NCBI RefSeq assembly: GCF_006345805.1
Contig: NC_043015.1
Span: 47,058,001 to 47,122,000, forward strand
DNA: 64,000 nucleotides
Origin: Octopus sinensis
Lineage: Eukaryota
Direction: 5' to 3'
Made by a program: the position numbers and the translations under genes. Within the stretch, counting starts at the first letter, position 1; each line of letters starts with the position of its first letter. Below are positions 20,896 through 36,315 of the stretch, in pieces. The notes beneath the pieces were generated by a model, which searched no databases, was not told where the DNA came from, and worked only from the letters and a program-made list of their open reading frames with translations.

Positions 20896-22027
20896 ATATC
20901 ATATTATATTATGCATCGCAATTTTTCTTTGAAATTTCAAGTTTCATTTTCTAGATGCACGTGACATATGTCAGTATGAATGTATGCGAGCCCCCCCCTC
21001 CTTTTTTCTTTTCATATTAAATTCCGATATAATTGTAATTTACGTAGTCTGAAAGGTGTTTGTAGTAAATTTCAATAAGAGAATCAACGTTTTCTTGGAA
21101 GCTAATCAGGAACTAAAACTAACTCGTGTGAATTTTCCGAAACTCCTCTCCACACCCACGGAATATGGCATTCCTACACACGTGACCTCCCCTCACCCGG
21201 ATTTGTTGCCTCGTAACTTCTAGAAAAAAATGGATATTTTTGTCATGAAATTGTTTACAAATACGCTTCAGATGGTGTAGATCCCGATTATCTCGGAATT
21301 TGTTACGAAAAGATGGGGTGAGGAGTTTTGGAAAATTCACACGGGACGGCTTTCTTTACTGATAACTTTCAGGAAAATGGGTAATTTTTTGGTGAAATTT
21401 TCAATAAATACCTTTCAGATTGTGTTTTGATTGTTCCTTCTCGAGCCATGCCTGGCTCATAAGGGCCGGTTTCCCGGTTTCCTTGGCGTATAGGTTCCCC
21501 ACCTGGACGGGGCGCCGGTCCGTCGCAGGTGAGCTGCAAGATGCAGGAGGAAAGAGTGAGAGAAAGTTGTGGCGAAAGAATCAGCAGAAGTTCGCCATTA
21601 CCTCCTGCCAGAGCGCGTGGAGCTTAGGTGTTTTGCTCATAAAAACACACACACACCGCCCGGTCTGAGATTCGAACCTGCGATCCCTCGACCGCGAGTC
21701 CGCTGCTCTAACCACTAGGCCATGTGCCCCCACTCAGACTGCGTGAGTCTGCTGTAGGCAATATGTTTTTTTTGGGGGGGAGGGGGGGGTCGGCAAATGC
21801 AAGGGTCGCTTTCGGGAGGCACATTCTCTAGTTACGCTAGAGGGCTTCGTACACATACTGACACGTCATATATACCGTAAATCCTCGAGTATAATCCGCA
21901 TTTTTCCCAATGTATGTATGTGTGTGAGAATGGCTTCAGTGACACACACACAAAAACACATACCTACGTACACCTATTGCATACCTGTTTTTGTGTGTAT
22001 ACATGTGCGTGTAAGGGAGGGAGGGAG

Positions 22028-22077
<50 letters not shown>

Positions 22078-22746
22078 ATGTATGTTTTTTTTGTTTTTGC
22101 TTGTTGCTTACATGTATGTTTAAATTTAGCACACACACACACACAGACGGAACGCCAACTTCAAAAGAACTTCCCCCATCCAATCGCGCGCGCTCTCTGT
22201 CTCCCCCCACCCCACACATATATAAAAAAAATTTTTAATTTTTACGGAAAGTGACAATCTTCTTCAAATGTAAACAAATGCACGTGGTCCAGTTTGACTT
22301 AAATGGTACTCATAACTTAAGAATGCCACAATAAAACGTCGGGAGACATTCGGGAATTCCAACCAATTCTTTTTATGTGGTCCAATTTTGTTTTGTACCG
22401 GGGGTAGTTGTTTGCATACATATCCGATAACTTTACGAAGAAAAACATAAATAGATGCTCATCACACATTTCAAGAAATGATCCGGTAGCAACACAATGA
22501 TTAAAACAGCAGCACTCGACATCGCTATTGTATTTTATTTACAATGTTTGCACCATTGTATAGTGAAGATATAAAAGTCTAAGTTTATGACAAGTTTCTA
22601 TTGAATAAACAAAGGTGTGCCGTAAGTGTTTAATAGTGAAACGTTAATTTCGTGGAATCAAATCAGATTTCTAGTAGTTTATTTAGCATTATCTCTGAAT
22701 TTCACCTGAAACGACCAAATTTTAACACAAAGTAGACTCATAACTT

Positions 22747-22915
<169 letters not shown>

Positions 22916-23159
22916 GGTATACACACATGCCTACGTATACCTACATATATATTTAGTATTACATAATATATATAATATCTATAGTACATATGTATATTAT
23001 ATACACACACACAATATATATATGAAACGATCGTAGTGTGATATTAATTATATTTTTTAATAATTTTGTTACATATTTAAATAATATAAATTAATCATAT
23101 GTATTGGCTTAAGTCTTTCATTGTTTGATTTGCCTAATAGTGGTTTTGTCTCTAATTTA

Positions 23160-23192
<33 letters not shown>

Positions 23193-23200
23193 ATACATAT

Positions 23201-23324
<124 letters not shown>

Positions 23325-24350
23325 ATAGGCGCAGGCAACTGTGTGGTAAAAAGCTTGCTTCCCAACCACATGGCTCCGGGTTCAGTCCCATTGCATGGTG
23401 CCTAAGCCAAGTGTTTTCTACTATAGCCTCGGGCCGATTAAACCTTTTGAGTGGATTTGGAAGACGGAAACTGAAAGAAGTCCGTCGTATATGTGTGTGT
23501 GTGTCTTTGTGTCTGTACTCCCACCATCGCTTGACAACCAAGAAGCCTTGCCGTTGGTGTGTTTACATACCCGAAAACTGAAGGTTCGGCAAAAAGAAAC
23601 CGATTAGAATAGGTACTAGGCTTACAAAACAAATAAGTCCTGGGGTCGATTTCTTCGACTAAAAAACCCTTTAAAGCGGTGCACCAGCATAGTCGCAGTC
23701 AAATGACTGAAACAGGTAAAAGAATAAAAGAAAAAAAAAAGTAATAATATATAGATATTAAACTTTTGGCCCCCAGAAAATTATGGTAGGGAGCGTGTAC
23801 CTGTTGCACCTCTTGTCTCCAAATAATATACATACATCCTTTCATTTATGCGTGTGTATAGTTTGGATTTTGTCTTTAGTTTCACTTTCGACAGCAAGTA
23901 TGGTTATATTTACTGGCTTTCGATGGCGTTTTAGTTATTTATTTATTTTAGTAGGGAGAGACAGTATTTGGGTTGAAAGGAAAATCCTATTTTCGTTATT
24001 ATTATTGTTTTTATACTCCGATATTTTAACTTGCAATAACAACAACACAAAGATAAACCACAAAAGCGGACTGATACTAAGACCTTTCATAGGTGTTTGT
24101 ATCTGAAATAATGAAACCCTGACTGAACGAAAAAGAATTTTGACAACAAATATTAAATCGTCAGTGAAATGGGCACACTTATATCCCGACTTTGTTTAGT
24201 TATAAATTTTAGAAGAATGGACATTGTTTTACAAACACGGTTCGGATAGTGTATCGGAATTTGTTGTGAAAAACTTTATTTCTAAAAGCGGGCAAATTTA
24301 CGCGACTCGGCTTTATTTCCTTATAACTTTCAGAAAAATCGATTTTTGGC

Positions 24351-24750
24351 AATCTTTCGTCTCTAGTAGACCTTTCCGTCGATTTCCGTAAAATTTTTTT
24401 TTTTTTTTTACATATGGGCTTGCGGGAACTTTTGAAGTAATGAGAGCGAAAGAGACTAAGAGAAAGCGATTGTATGACGAGGGAAGTTCTTTTGAAGTTA
24501 CCGTGCATGGCAAGCATTGATGTACATGTGTGTGTGTTTGATGGGGTGTGGGAGACAGACAGTATGTTGTGTAAGTGAAGTGCTTCTGTTAGTGTGTGTG
24601 AAGAGACAGAGTAATGTGTGAAAGAGATAACTGACATTTTTTACTCGGTGTATGTGTATTACTTCAAAAGTTCCCGCAAGCCCATATGTAAAATAAAAAA
24701 ATTTTTTACGGAAATCGACGGAAAGGTCTACTAGAGACGAAAGATCGCCC
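24351..24750. mobile_element. MITE-like element with ~95-bp TIRs
   Basis: ATCTTTCGTCTCTAGTAGACCTTTCCGTCGATTTCCGTAAAA...GAACTTTTGAAGTAAT is inverted at 24658-24747. Confidence 0.75.
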
Positions 24751-25599
24751 GATTTTTTTTTTACGAGAATTTCTATAAAAATACTTTTCAGATGATGTAG
24801 ATTACAGTTATATCAGAATTCAATGTGAAATGTGGGTGGCGAGAAAAATATTGGACATGTATACATACACACTATCTCATCACATTGTTTTCAAAATTTC
24901 AAGTTTCCTTCAAAACGAAACTTGAAATGTGTGTCAGTTTATGTGTGCGTGCCATCCATCCCCACCCCACTATTAAATTCCGATAAATGATTTTTTTTTA
25001 ACAGCCCCCTCTCCATTGTCCCCTTTCCTGACCAATTTGGGTAGATTTTGTTAGGGCACTACGCACTGAAAAACTGTAAGAGAAACCTTTTCTGTAGATA
25101 AAAAAAAAAACAGTAAATATTATCAGACGAAAAAGTGTACGATTTAAGGAAGATTTGGTTGTTGTTTCTAGCATATCCCATGACCACCTTCCTTGTTTCT
25201 TTCTCACTGACAAATATTCATGTTTTTCAATGTTTTCTCCCACTTAGGGCGGCGAGCTGGCAGAATCGTTAGCACGCTGGATGAAATGCTTAGCAGTATT
25301 TCGTCTGCCGTTACGTTGAGTTCAAGTTCCGCCGAGGTCGACTTTGCCTTTCATCTTTTCGGGGTCGATAAATTAAGTACCAGTTGAGTACTGAGGTCGA
25401 TCTAATTGAGTGGCCACCTCTGTCTGTCCTTCTTTGTCCCTTCTATGTCTAGCCCCCTGTGGGCAATAAAGAAATAAATATTTCCCCCCCATTAATAGCA
25501 CAAATTCATTTACGGAAAGCCTATTTCTGAAAATCCCCATCAAAATGGAGAAATTCCAACTTATGTGGGCCACCTATCGCTGACGTCCGCCAATACACA

Positions 25600-25762
25600 C
25601 GCACACATACATGTGTGTATACGTATGTATATGTGTGTGTGTGTATGTATGTATGTATATGTGTGTGTGTATGTATATATATATATATATATATGTATAA
25701 TTATATGTATGTATATAAAAATAGGGGACATGTATACATACACATGTATGTGTATATATATA

Positions 25763-25814
<52 letters not shown>

Positions 25815-25971
25815 GTATGTATGTATATATGTATGTATATATATTTATGTATATATATGTATGTATTTATGTATGTGTATATATGTATTTATGTATGTAC
25901 ATATGTATATATATGTATGTATATATTTATGTATATATGTATATATGTGTATATATATATATGTATATATT

Positions 25972-26023
<52 letters not shown>

Positions 26024-26048
26024 CGTGTGTGTGTGTATATATATATAT
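25600..26048. repeat. Compound (TA)/(TATG)/(TG) microsatellite
   Basis: Seen directly. Similar tracts at 23155-23325, 27325-27575, 27840-28160, 29125-29435, 30110-30245, 30860-31060, 33660-34200, 34530-35200 and 40980-41105. Confidence 0.98.
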
Positions 26049-26440
26049 AAGGAAATTGTTTCAATGCAACGTATCAGCTACTGGGAAAGACTGAAAGAAT
26101 TTAAACTCTTCTCCTTAGAACGAAGGCGGGAAGATATGCAGTGATATGCATCTGGAAAATCCTGGAAGGCCTTGTGCCAAACTTTGGCATTGAAAGTTAC
26201 TCAAACTGCAGAACGGGGCGCCACTACATAGTGCCAATGATCCCAGCATCGCCATCAAAATACAGGACCAGATACTCAACAGCTTGTGTTTCAAGGACCC
26301 ACAGCTCTTCAATATCCTTCCAAAATGCGTAAGAGACCTGCATGGTGTGGATGTAAGTGTCTTTAAAACAAAATTGGATCTCTTCCTGTCAAGGATTCCA
26401 GACGAGCCTACCTCACGGCAGAAAATACGGATGAGGGCAG
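26049..26440 (+). pseudogene. CR1/Jockey-group LINE ORF2 C-terminal fragment
   Basis: [68 protein letters not shown], with frameshifts. Confidence 0.85.
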
Positions 26441-27329
26441 AGGGATAGGAAAATTAAGGAGGCTCCGCCTCTACCTCTCTCTCTTCTCTCCAAACGTTAC
26501 CGGTGTTCGGCCAAGCCTGACCTGTCTTGGTTCGACTACCATCCGTGCAACAAGATCTATATTCCTCCCTGTGCCTGTCAAACCTCATGTCCCTGCCGTA
26601 AGGCTTTACTTCCACACCCGCCAGCTTAACTTAATTCGTCTTCAGTCGAAAGACACCCGTTGTATATGTCCTGTAATTTGTATTTTGTACCATTTCTCCG
26701 TTTTTTTTTTTCCGTCCTTGTTTTCGTATACATTCACTGCTTTCTTCCAAGGAATCTAGTGCTCTTAGCTTAATTTTTTCCTTGGGGCTGGCCACATTGG
26801 CGCAATCTCGAGTATAACCAGCTGAAACTGCAAAGATAATCTGGAACTCGGCTGAGGAAAGAAAACTCCGAATGACGCGTCCTTGTTTTCTTTGTATCGT
26901 CTATCTGGATGTTTTGTTGTCCCCTTTTTTGTATTTGTTTATATAGCGGCGTACGTTCACTTTGGTCTCTTATATGTAGGAGTGGCTTAGGAACCACATG
27001 GTTCCGGGTTCAGTCCCACCGCGTGGCACCTTGGGTAAGTGTCTTCTGAGTGGATTTAGTGGCCGGAAACTGAAAGAAGCCCGTCGTATATATGTATATA
27101 TATATATATATATATGTATGCGTGTGTATATGTTTGTGTGTCTGTGTTTGTCGCTTGAAAACCGATGCTTGTGTGTTTACATCTACGTAACTTAGCGGTT
27201 CGACAAAAGAGACTGATAGAATAAGTACTAGGCTTACAGAGAATAAGTCCTGGGGTCGATTTGCTCGACTAAAGGCGGTGCTCCAGCATAGCCGCAATCA
27301 AATGACTGAAACAAGTAAAAGAGTAAAGA

Positions 27330-27385
<56 letters not shown>

Positions 27386-27507
27386 CATATATATATAAGT
27401 GTATATAATATATATATATATATATAATATATATAATATATATATATATAAATCCTTAAATCCTTAAAAAATATTTTAGCCCGAAGGCCGCGGCCATGCT
27501 GGGGCAC

Positions 27508-27570
<63 letters not shown>

Positions 27571-27892
27571 GTGTGTGTTGAGTTCTATTTCAGCCTTTAC
27601 TTTGGGGGTTCCAAAGTTCGATTTCTAATAAAGATTCCTCATATTAAATTGGTAGATTACTATTGTAAGTATTTTTTCGAATATGAAAATGTTACAAGTA
27701 TAATTAAAGATGGAGAAGAGAATGTTTTAAAAAATAAAAAAAGAAATTTTTATTTTTAAAACTTTTAACACCTCGTCTCCATCTTTGTTGAGTTTCTATT
27801 AGCATACGTGGTCTATAAATGCTCATTACACACCTTATACTTATGGATGCATGTTTGTATGTATGTATGTGCGTGTATGTTTGTGTGGGTGT

Positions 27893-27941
<49 letters not shown>

Positions 27942-27943
27942 TA

Positions 27944-27979
<36 letters not shown>

Positions 27980-29121
27980 GTATATATATACATACATATA
28001 TATATATATATACATACATATATAACATATACATATATATACATATATATTTATATACATATATATTTATATACATATACATACATACATACATACATAC
28101 ATACATACATACATACATACATACATACATACATGCATACATATACATATATATATATCAAGATTTCTGAATGTATGAATGTTTCGTTTTTGTTACCATA
28201 GTAAAATTGACAAACCGTTTGGTTTAATTAATTAGTTTCACAATAGGAGAATATATGCAAAACAGAAAAATTACATTTGAAATAAAAAAAACTTTTATGT
28301 ATCTGGGAACATAGGTCCCAAGTTCCTCTACGTTTATAACATTTAAAGACATTGATACATTACAAAACTACATTAATATACAAATCCAAAACTGATCAAA
28401 ACGTGAATATGAGCTAAGAAAGAGAAAGTAGCGAAAACAGAAGCGAAAAAGTTGAAGTAAGGAAAAGAAAAAAAACATCAATTCAACGCCAAGCACCTCA
28501 ATTTGTCGTACAGCAATTTATAATTAAATGGACAATTTAATGAAAATATATATAAACTAAATGAAACTCATCGAAAATATAAAACGTAAAAATAAGAGAA
28601 AATTAAAAAACATCGATAAATACAGCGTACTCCACTGATCGTTAAAAATTTTGAGAAAAACCGTACTTCTGGTTTTAAAAACAGAGAGAAAAGGACTTAA
28701 ATGATTAATGAATAGATAGGGGTTGTCCAGTGAAAACGGAATCATAACAAGCTGAAAGTAAAAAAAGGAAGTAATTGAAAGTAAAATACTACAAACCTGA
28801 ATGAATTTACACTTAAAAGAAAATCCGAGTAAAAAAAAGTCTTCTTGACACTCGACAGCTATGAGTCTTAATGTGTGTGACAGCTAAGATATAGGTAGAT
28901 ATATAATAGTATCGAATGCATTATGTATAAAGCGTTGGCTTGTGTAGGTGTGCGGGGTCTTCTAAGCATTCTTTTATTATCATAGCAACACTAACATGTA
29001 ATTTGCCATGTGGTTACACACACACACATACCACACCACACACACGAACATGCACAAAACTAGTTTCAGCTTCAGAGGTGTGGCCATGCTGGGGCACCGC
29101 CGTTAAATATATATGTAGATG

Positions 29122-29157
<36 letters not shown>

Positions 29158-29245
29158 ATTAAACACAAATACACATATAAACATATAAGTTATCTTCATG
29201 TGTACATACATACACAAACACACACACACACACATACACACACAC

Positions 29246-29278
<33 letters not shown>

Positions 29279-29392
29279 CATTCATACATACATACATACA
29301 TACATACATTCATACATACATACATACATACATACATACATACATACATTCATACATACATACATACATACATACATACATTCATACATTCA

Positions 29393-29428
<36 letters not shown>

Positions 29429-30196
29429 TATATAAAAAGGGGATTGTATGATTGTGTATAGAGGGATATATATTCTTCAAAGGAATTCCAACTCTGTTTT
29501 TTATGTTTTATTTATATTTTTTATAATAATAATGTAGAATACTCTTTTACTTGACTGTGGCCATGCTGGGGCACCGCCTTTTTTTTTTTTTTAGTCCAGC
29601 AAATCGACCCCAGAACTTATTCTTTGTAAGCCTAGTACTTATTCTATCGGTCTCTTTCGCTGAACCGCTAAGTTACAGGGACGTAAACACACCAGCATCG
29701 GTTGTCAAGCGATGTTGGTGGGGGGGGGGCAAACACAGATACAAACATACATACACACACACACACACATACACCCAGAAACCCCCCCATATATATATAT
29801 ATACGAGGGCTTCTTTTAGTTTCCGTCTACCAAATCCACTCACAAGGATTTGGTCGGCCCGAGGCTATAGTAGAAGACACTTGCCTAAGGTGCCACGCAG
29901 TGGGACTGAACCCGGAACCATGTGGTTTGTAAGCAAGCTATTTACTACACAACCACTCCTACGCCTATATATAGAATATATAGTATAGATAGTATATGTA
30001 GTAAAATGAAATGAAGTATTGATTGTCTTATTGAATAGATGAAATACTGAATATAAAATATTAAGGGAGTCTTAATATCAAAGCAGTCTTCAAGGTCCCA
30101 GGTTATGACAGTATATATATATATATATATATAGATATATATATATATATATTATATATATATATATATATACATATACCTATATATACATATATA

Positions 30197-30246
<50 letters not shown>

Positions 30247-30356
30247 GGCCTGCTCGCTTAGCAAACGGGGTGGCGCCATTCAAAGGCTAAAACAATGCGA
30301 ACGCATTGTGACCAGCGATGTGTGACTACATCTGATGGACTGGTCGGTCACGTGAT

Positions 30357-30395
<39 letters not shown>

Positions 30396-30865
30396 CATAT
30401 AAATGCATATATGAATGTGTGTGTACTGAAACAGGAACTCTAGGATGTGGCACTTCATTCTAGGGCAGGTGTCAACTATATTCATGTTGACATGTACACA
30501 CATACACACACTTATAAATGTATGTATTTATAAGTGTGCGTATAACACCTGTTTATTCCTGTATCTAACTACATATATATATATATAATATATATATTAT
30601 ATATATATACATACACATACATTCATATATTTAAACATTTATAAGTGTGTGTGTGTGTGGTGAGAGAGTATAAATATATGAATGTGTGTATGTGTGTGTT
30701 TATATATGTAGTTAGATACATGCATAGACAGGTGGTATACAGACTGATAGATAAAAATTGTTTGGGTTTGTTTTTTTTCAGATTTATTTCATGGTTCAAA
30801 AATATTACTCCCCAATCCAGTATTTTCTTGCAAAATGATATATGATTACATACATGGAATACAGA

Positions 30866-30918
<53 letters not shown>

Positions 30919-31000
30919 ACACACACACACACGCGCACGCATGCACACACACATATATGAGCAGATACATACATACATATATACACACACACATATATAC

Positions 31001-31052
<52 letters not shown>

Positions 31053-31104
31053 TTGTGATCATCGTGACCGACCAGGCTATCAGGTGTTATAATAATAATA
31101 ATAA

Positions 31105-31330
31105 TAAAAACATTGTGTACAGTGCTCAGGTGCACTACAACTCATCTAAAGTGTATATATAATCAGGTGTAGTTTCGGCGGATTTCGGAAAGCATGAGGG
31201 CCTTAAAGGATGCAGTGTCATGGCAGTCAACAACTGACGCAGGCAGTTTATTCCATGCTTCAGCAACTCTGAGCGTGAAAAAATGTTTCCGAAAGTCATG
31301 GGAGCTGTGTTGTTTTCTGACTTTGTAGGC
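31105..31330 (-). pseudogene. CR1 LINE ORF2 C-terminus and 3' UTR
   Basis: HAYKVRKQHSSHDFRKHFFTLRVAEAWNKLPASVVDCHDTASFKALMLSEIRRNYT*. Confidence 0.85.
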
Positions 31331-31502
31331 ATGTTTTTGCTACACATCGCTGGTCACAATGCATTATCTACTGATTGCTCTAATCAAAATTTATTGGTCT
31401 CAATCTTTATTAGCAAATAAATCTGTGAAAGTACAGAAGAAGTAAAGTCAGCAGCCTGGGAGTGCGAGATACCTTAGTCTTTGTTCAGGCATCTCTCTAG
31501 AA

Positions 31503-32138
31503 CAGGGTTTCTCAACCCCATTTTTTAAAAATCTATGGACCCCTTTGAGTTCTGTTCTATTTTGGTGGACTCCCATAGCCATTCAGTGTTTAAAAGCTAG
31601 TTTTATAGAAACTTCTTTGAAATTTCTATTTTGTTTTTCACCTGTGTAGGTTGACCCATGTAAAATGCCAGGAAAAGAAACCTAGCAGTTTTTTGCAATA
31701 CATACCAATAAATTAAAAGCAAAATTTTTTCAGGGGTCCTTTAAATGTTTTTGTTGATCTCCAGTTTAGTATTTTGTTGTGTAGGCCCCATAAAATCTTA
31801 TATGGACCCTAGTTGAGAACCCCTACTCTAGAACAGTGGTTCCCAAAGTGGGCTGTATTGGCAGCCCCCTGGGGGAGAGGTGGAAAGTTCCAAGGGAGTG
31901 TTGAAGAAAAGTGGGGCGATAATGGGGTAGTGATTCATGTAAAAAGTGGGGCAATAATGGGGTAGTTATATAAAAACAACAAAATAATGGGTTCATTAGG
32001 TTAACTTTTGTTTATTAAATACAGTTGCTTTGAATTTGCTTCAGAAAGTGGTCTATGTTTGTGATGGTTAGTTGGGGCACTAGGAATGTGACCTGGGTGT
32101 CAAGAGGGCGACAGCCTGAAGAAGTTTGGGAACCACTG
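31503..32138. mobile_element. Two adjacent hAT (Charlie-like) MITEs: 31503-31825 and 31834-32138
   Basis: TIRs CAGGGTTTCTCAAC and CAGTGGTTCCCAAA. CTCTAGAA at 31495-31502 and 31826-31833; CTCTCGAA at 32139-32146. Confidence 0.9.
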
Positions 32139-33260
32139 CTCTCGAAGGATAGCGCTGATGTACAATTGTGACTTTCATCATCATCATCATCATCGTTTAG
32201 CGTCCGCTTTCCATGCTAGCATGGGTTGGACGGTTCAACTGGGGTCTGGGAAGCCAGAAGGCTGTACCAGGCCCACTCTGATCTGGAAATGTTTCTACAG
32301 CTGGATGCCCTTCCTAACGCCAACCACTCCGTGAGTGTAGTGAGTGCTTTTACATGCCACTGGCACAGGTGCCAGGCGAGGCTGGCAACAGCCATGATCG
32401 GATGGTGCTTTTTACATGCCACCAGCACGAGGCCAGTCGGGGCGGCGCTGGCAACAGCCACATTCGGATGGTTTTCTTACGTACCACCGGCACTGGTATC
32501 ACAGCTGCAATTTCCATTGATGTTGATCGATTTCGATTTTGATTTTGATTTTATTTGCATCTAATGATGTACATTTGTTCTCCCTTTTGGGGCAAATGCA
32601 TTGGTTGTTTAGAGAGTAGGATTTGTTCTTTGCAAGGCCTTTCCTAATTTTCAAAAGTATTAAAGTACAAGTATCGCTTGATTTTGAACATCTTTATTAT
32701 AATTTAGACGCTACGTCTGGCAACGGCCTAACACTCGATGAAAGATCCCATGCTGGAATTAAGGCATGTGTCAGCATGGGTGGCAATACAATGAACACCT
32801 GCTACTAGAGGTGTCCATCTTTGCCACAACTGCACAAACATATGCATCTCCATAGCACACACATGAAAAGCCACATCTGTGCTGCTCATGTTTAAGAGAA
32901 TGATCAAACAATAAGCATTGCTTGAAATTGCCTTGCAGCCATCATTTATTCATTCATTCCTGTATGTTCATCTCTGTCTCTTTTTTTCATTTAGAGTAAA
33001 TTTTGACCGACCACCTACATGGAGGCAGGGTTCTTTTACTCTTTTACTTGTTTCAGTCATTTGACTGCGGCCATGCTGGAGCACTGCCTTCGGTCACGCA
33101 AATCAACCACAGGACTTATTCTTTGTAAGCCTAGTATGTAGTCTATCGGTCTCTTTTGCCGAACTGCTAAGTTATGGGGATGTAAACACACCAGCATCGG
33201 TTATCAAGCGATGTTGGGGGAACAAACACAGACACACAAACATATACACACGCACATACA

Positions 33261-33327
<67 letters not shown>

Positions 33328-34725
33328 ATATACATATATACATATATACGATGGGCTTCTTTCAGTTTCCGTCTACCAAATCCACTCACAAGGCTTTGGT
33401 CAGTCCGAGGCTGCCCAAGGTGCCACGCAGTGGGACTGAACCCAGAACCATGTGGTTCATAAGCAAGCTACTTACCACACAGCCACTCCTAGTGAACGAA
33501 AGCACCTTACTTTGCTAGTCATTCTTTAAATCGTAAGAAGGTCTTGCAGATTTTAATAATCCCTGATATTGTAATCATTAGTAGAGTACAGATTAAGGAT
33601 TTGCTTTCTCTCCCCAGTATCTGAAGGCCAGCCATACTTTGCTTCAGACAGGTTGGTATATATCCTGTTGCATGTATGTATGTATGCATGTATATATGTA
33701 TGTATGTACGTATGTATGTATGCATGCATGCATGCACGTATGTATGTATGTATGCACATATGTATGCATGTATGTATATATGCACATATGTATGTATGTA
33801 TGCACATATGTATGTATGCACATATGTATGTATGCACATATGTATGTATGTATGCACATATGTATGTATGCACATATGTATGTATGTATGCACATATGTA
33901 TGTGTGTATGTATGTACGTATGTCTGTACATATGTATGTGTGTGTGTATGTATGCATGTATGTATGCAGGTATGTACGTATATATGTTGTATGTATGTAT
34001 GTATGTATGTATGTATGCACATATGTATGTGTGTATGTATATACGGATGTATATATGTACATATATATATGTGTGTGTGTGTATGTATGTATGTATGTTT
34101 CTATGTATGTATGTATGTATGTATGTATGTATGTATGTATGTATGCACGTATGTATGTATGTATGTATGTATGTATGTATGCATGTCTGTTTGTCTATTT
34201 GTCTGTCTCTCTGTTTTTAACTTAGAGTAAATTTTCTTTGGTCATCTTACTTGGTATCAAGGTTTTAAAGGTTAGCATCTTGTTTTGGTCATCATGCTTT
34301 AAGTCTTAAAAAGGTCTTGCAGACTTTTATAGTTATCATTTAGAGTGTATGATTTAAGTGTTAATGCTTGTGTGTGTGTGTGTGTGTCCATGCTTATATG
34401 TTTGTATCAAAACAAAAGATATGGAAAAGAAAAATGATATGTTTTTAATTCCATGTTCAGATAGTGCTTTGTAAAACATCTTCATCTATGTAACTTCAAA
34501 ATTTCTCCATTGTAATGTTTACACAAACATGAGTATACACATACATACATACATACATACATACATACATACATACATACTTACATACATACATACATAC
34601 ATACATGCATTCATACATACATACATACATACATTCATACATACATACATACATACATGCATTCATACATACATACATACATACATGCATTCATACATAC
34701 ATACATACATGCATACATACATACA

Positions 34726-34758
<33 letters not shown>

Positions 34759-34968
34759 GCATTCATACATACATACATACATTCATACATACATACATAC
34801 ATACATACATACATACATACATACGTTCATACATACATACATGCATTCATACATACATACATTCATACATACATACATGCATTCATACATACATACATAC
34901 ATATATGCATTCATACATACATACATACATTCATACATACATACATACATACATACTTACATACATAC

Positions 34969-34999
<31 letters not shown>

Positions 35000-35406
35000 C
35001 ATTCATACATACATGCATGCATACATACATACATGTACACATATACACATATGCAAACATGTATATATATATATATATACATACACAAATGTATGCTCAT
35101 ACAGATACATACAAATATACACTCATATAGGTACATACAAATGGATACATCAGTATACACATCAGCCCAAACACACACACACACACACACACACAACATG
35201 GATTATGACTCGTTATACACATTGAAGGGCCAAAGCACTTGCCTGAATGGGATTTCTTCTCTGAATATCTTCTGCTGTTTGGCTCCCTTGAGAGTTTCTT
35301 ACCACCAGTGTATGTACCAGTGGCGTACGGTGGTAGTCGGATTGGACGTGCTGCAACACCAAATGCCACAAAATTTTTTTGCAGGGTTATAACAGAAATT
35401 TCCCAC

Positions 35407-36166
35407 CCCTTTCGTTGCTGTATTTATTTTGAGATGCTCTGTGTTTCTTTTAATTACTTTAACCCTTTAGTGTTCAGATTATTCTATCAAACATAATGCT
35501 TATTGATTCACATTGATTTGAATTAATCATGCATTATCTCATATCTTCAAGATCTTGATGGTGTAATTACTTAATGTAGAATAACATTGTAGGGCAGGTG
35601 TGAGGGCCTGGATCTGTTCAGTTTGAACATAAAACAGATTAAATATTTTGGCCGGATATGGCCGGTTTAAATCCTAAAGGGTTAAATATAACAAAGAATT
35701 TAGTAGAATAACTTAGGTGTCTTCTACTATAGCCTCGGGCCGACCAAAGCCCTGTGAGTGGATTTGGTAGACGGAAACTGAAAGAAGCCCGTCGTATATA
35801 TGTATATATATATATGAGTGTATGTGTGTCTGTGTTTGTCCCCCTAGCATTGCTTGACAACCGATGCTGGTGTGTTTATGTCCCTGTTACTTAGCGGTTT
35901 GGCAAAAGAGACCGATAGAATAAGTACTGGGCTTACAAAAGAATAAGTCCCGGGATTGAATTGCTCGATTAAAGGCGGTGCTCCAGCATGGCCGCAGTCA
36001 AATGACTGAAACAAGTAAAAGAGTAAAAAGAGTTATCATTCAGCTAGTGTTAGGAACATAAATTGTGACTAAAGCTTGGTGGAAGATTTTAAGTCAAAAC
36101 TTATGAAAACAAGACAATTTATACTGAGAGCCAGAGCCGGTTTCAGCCGGGTTGGTATCGAAAGGG
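35407..36166 (-). mobile_element. piggyBac-like MITE family 2 with nested family 1 MITE and a 5'-truncated SINE B
   Basis: TTAA duplicated at 35459-35462 and 35682-35685. SINE at 35716-36031. Confidence 0.85.
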
Positions 36167-36278
36167 TTAAGATTTGTGATAAAATTAATGAAGTAACGTT
36201 TATATTCATAATGAATTTGTCATTTTCGATGGGTGTACAGCACACACCTAGCACACCTGGAATATACACCTCTGGCAT

Positions 36279-36315
<37 letters not shown>

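Noticed and set aside
26858-26885. Hammerhead-like CTGAGGA..GAATGACGCGTC (and CTGAAGA..GAATGTC at about 40895-40920)
   Set aside because: The GAAA core is disrupted and stems I/II are poor, so it is not supportable without a family consensus.
32623-32808. 61-aa ORF in apparently unique sequence
   Set aside because: No convincing splice sites or recognisable motif on either strand.
33519-35392. HTYI/MYVC-rich ORFs up to 287 aa (also 5450-5923, 25565-26144, 27704-28201, 29014-29461)
   Set aside because: These are translations of (TACA)n/(TA)n microsatellites.
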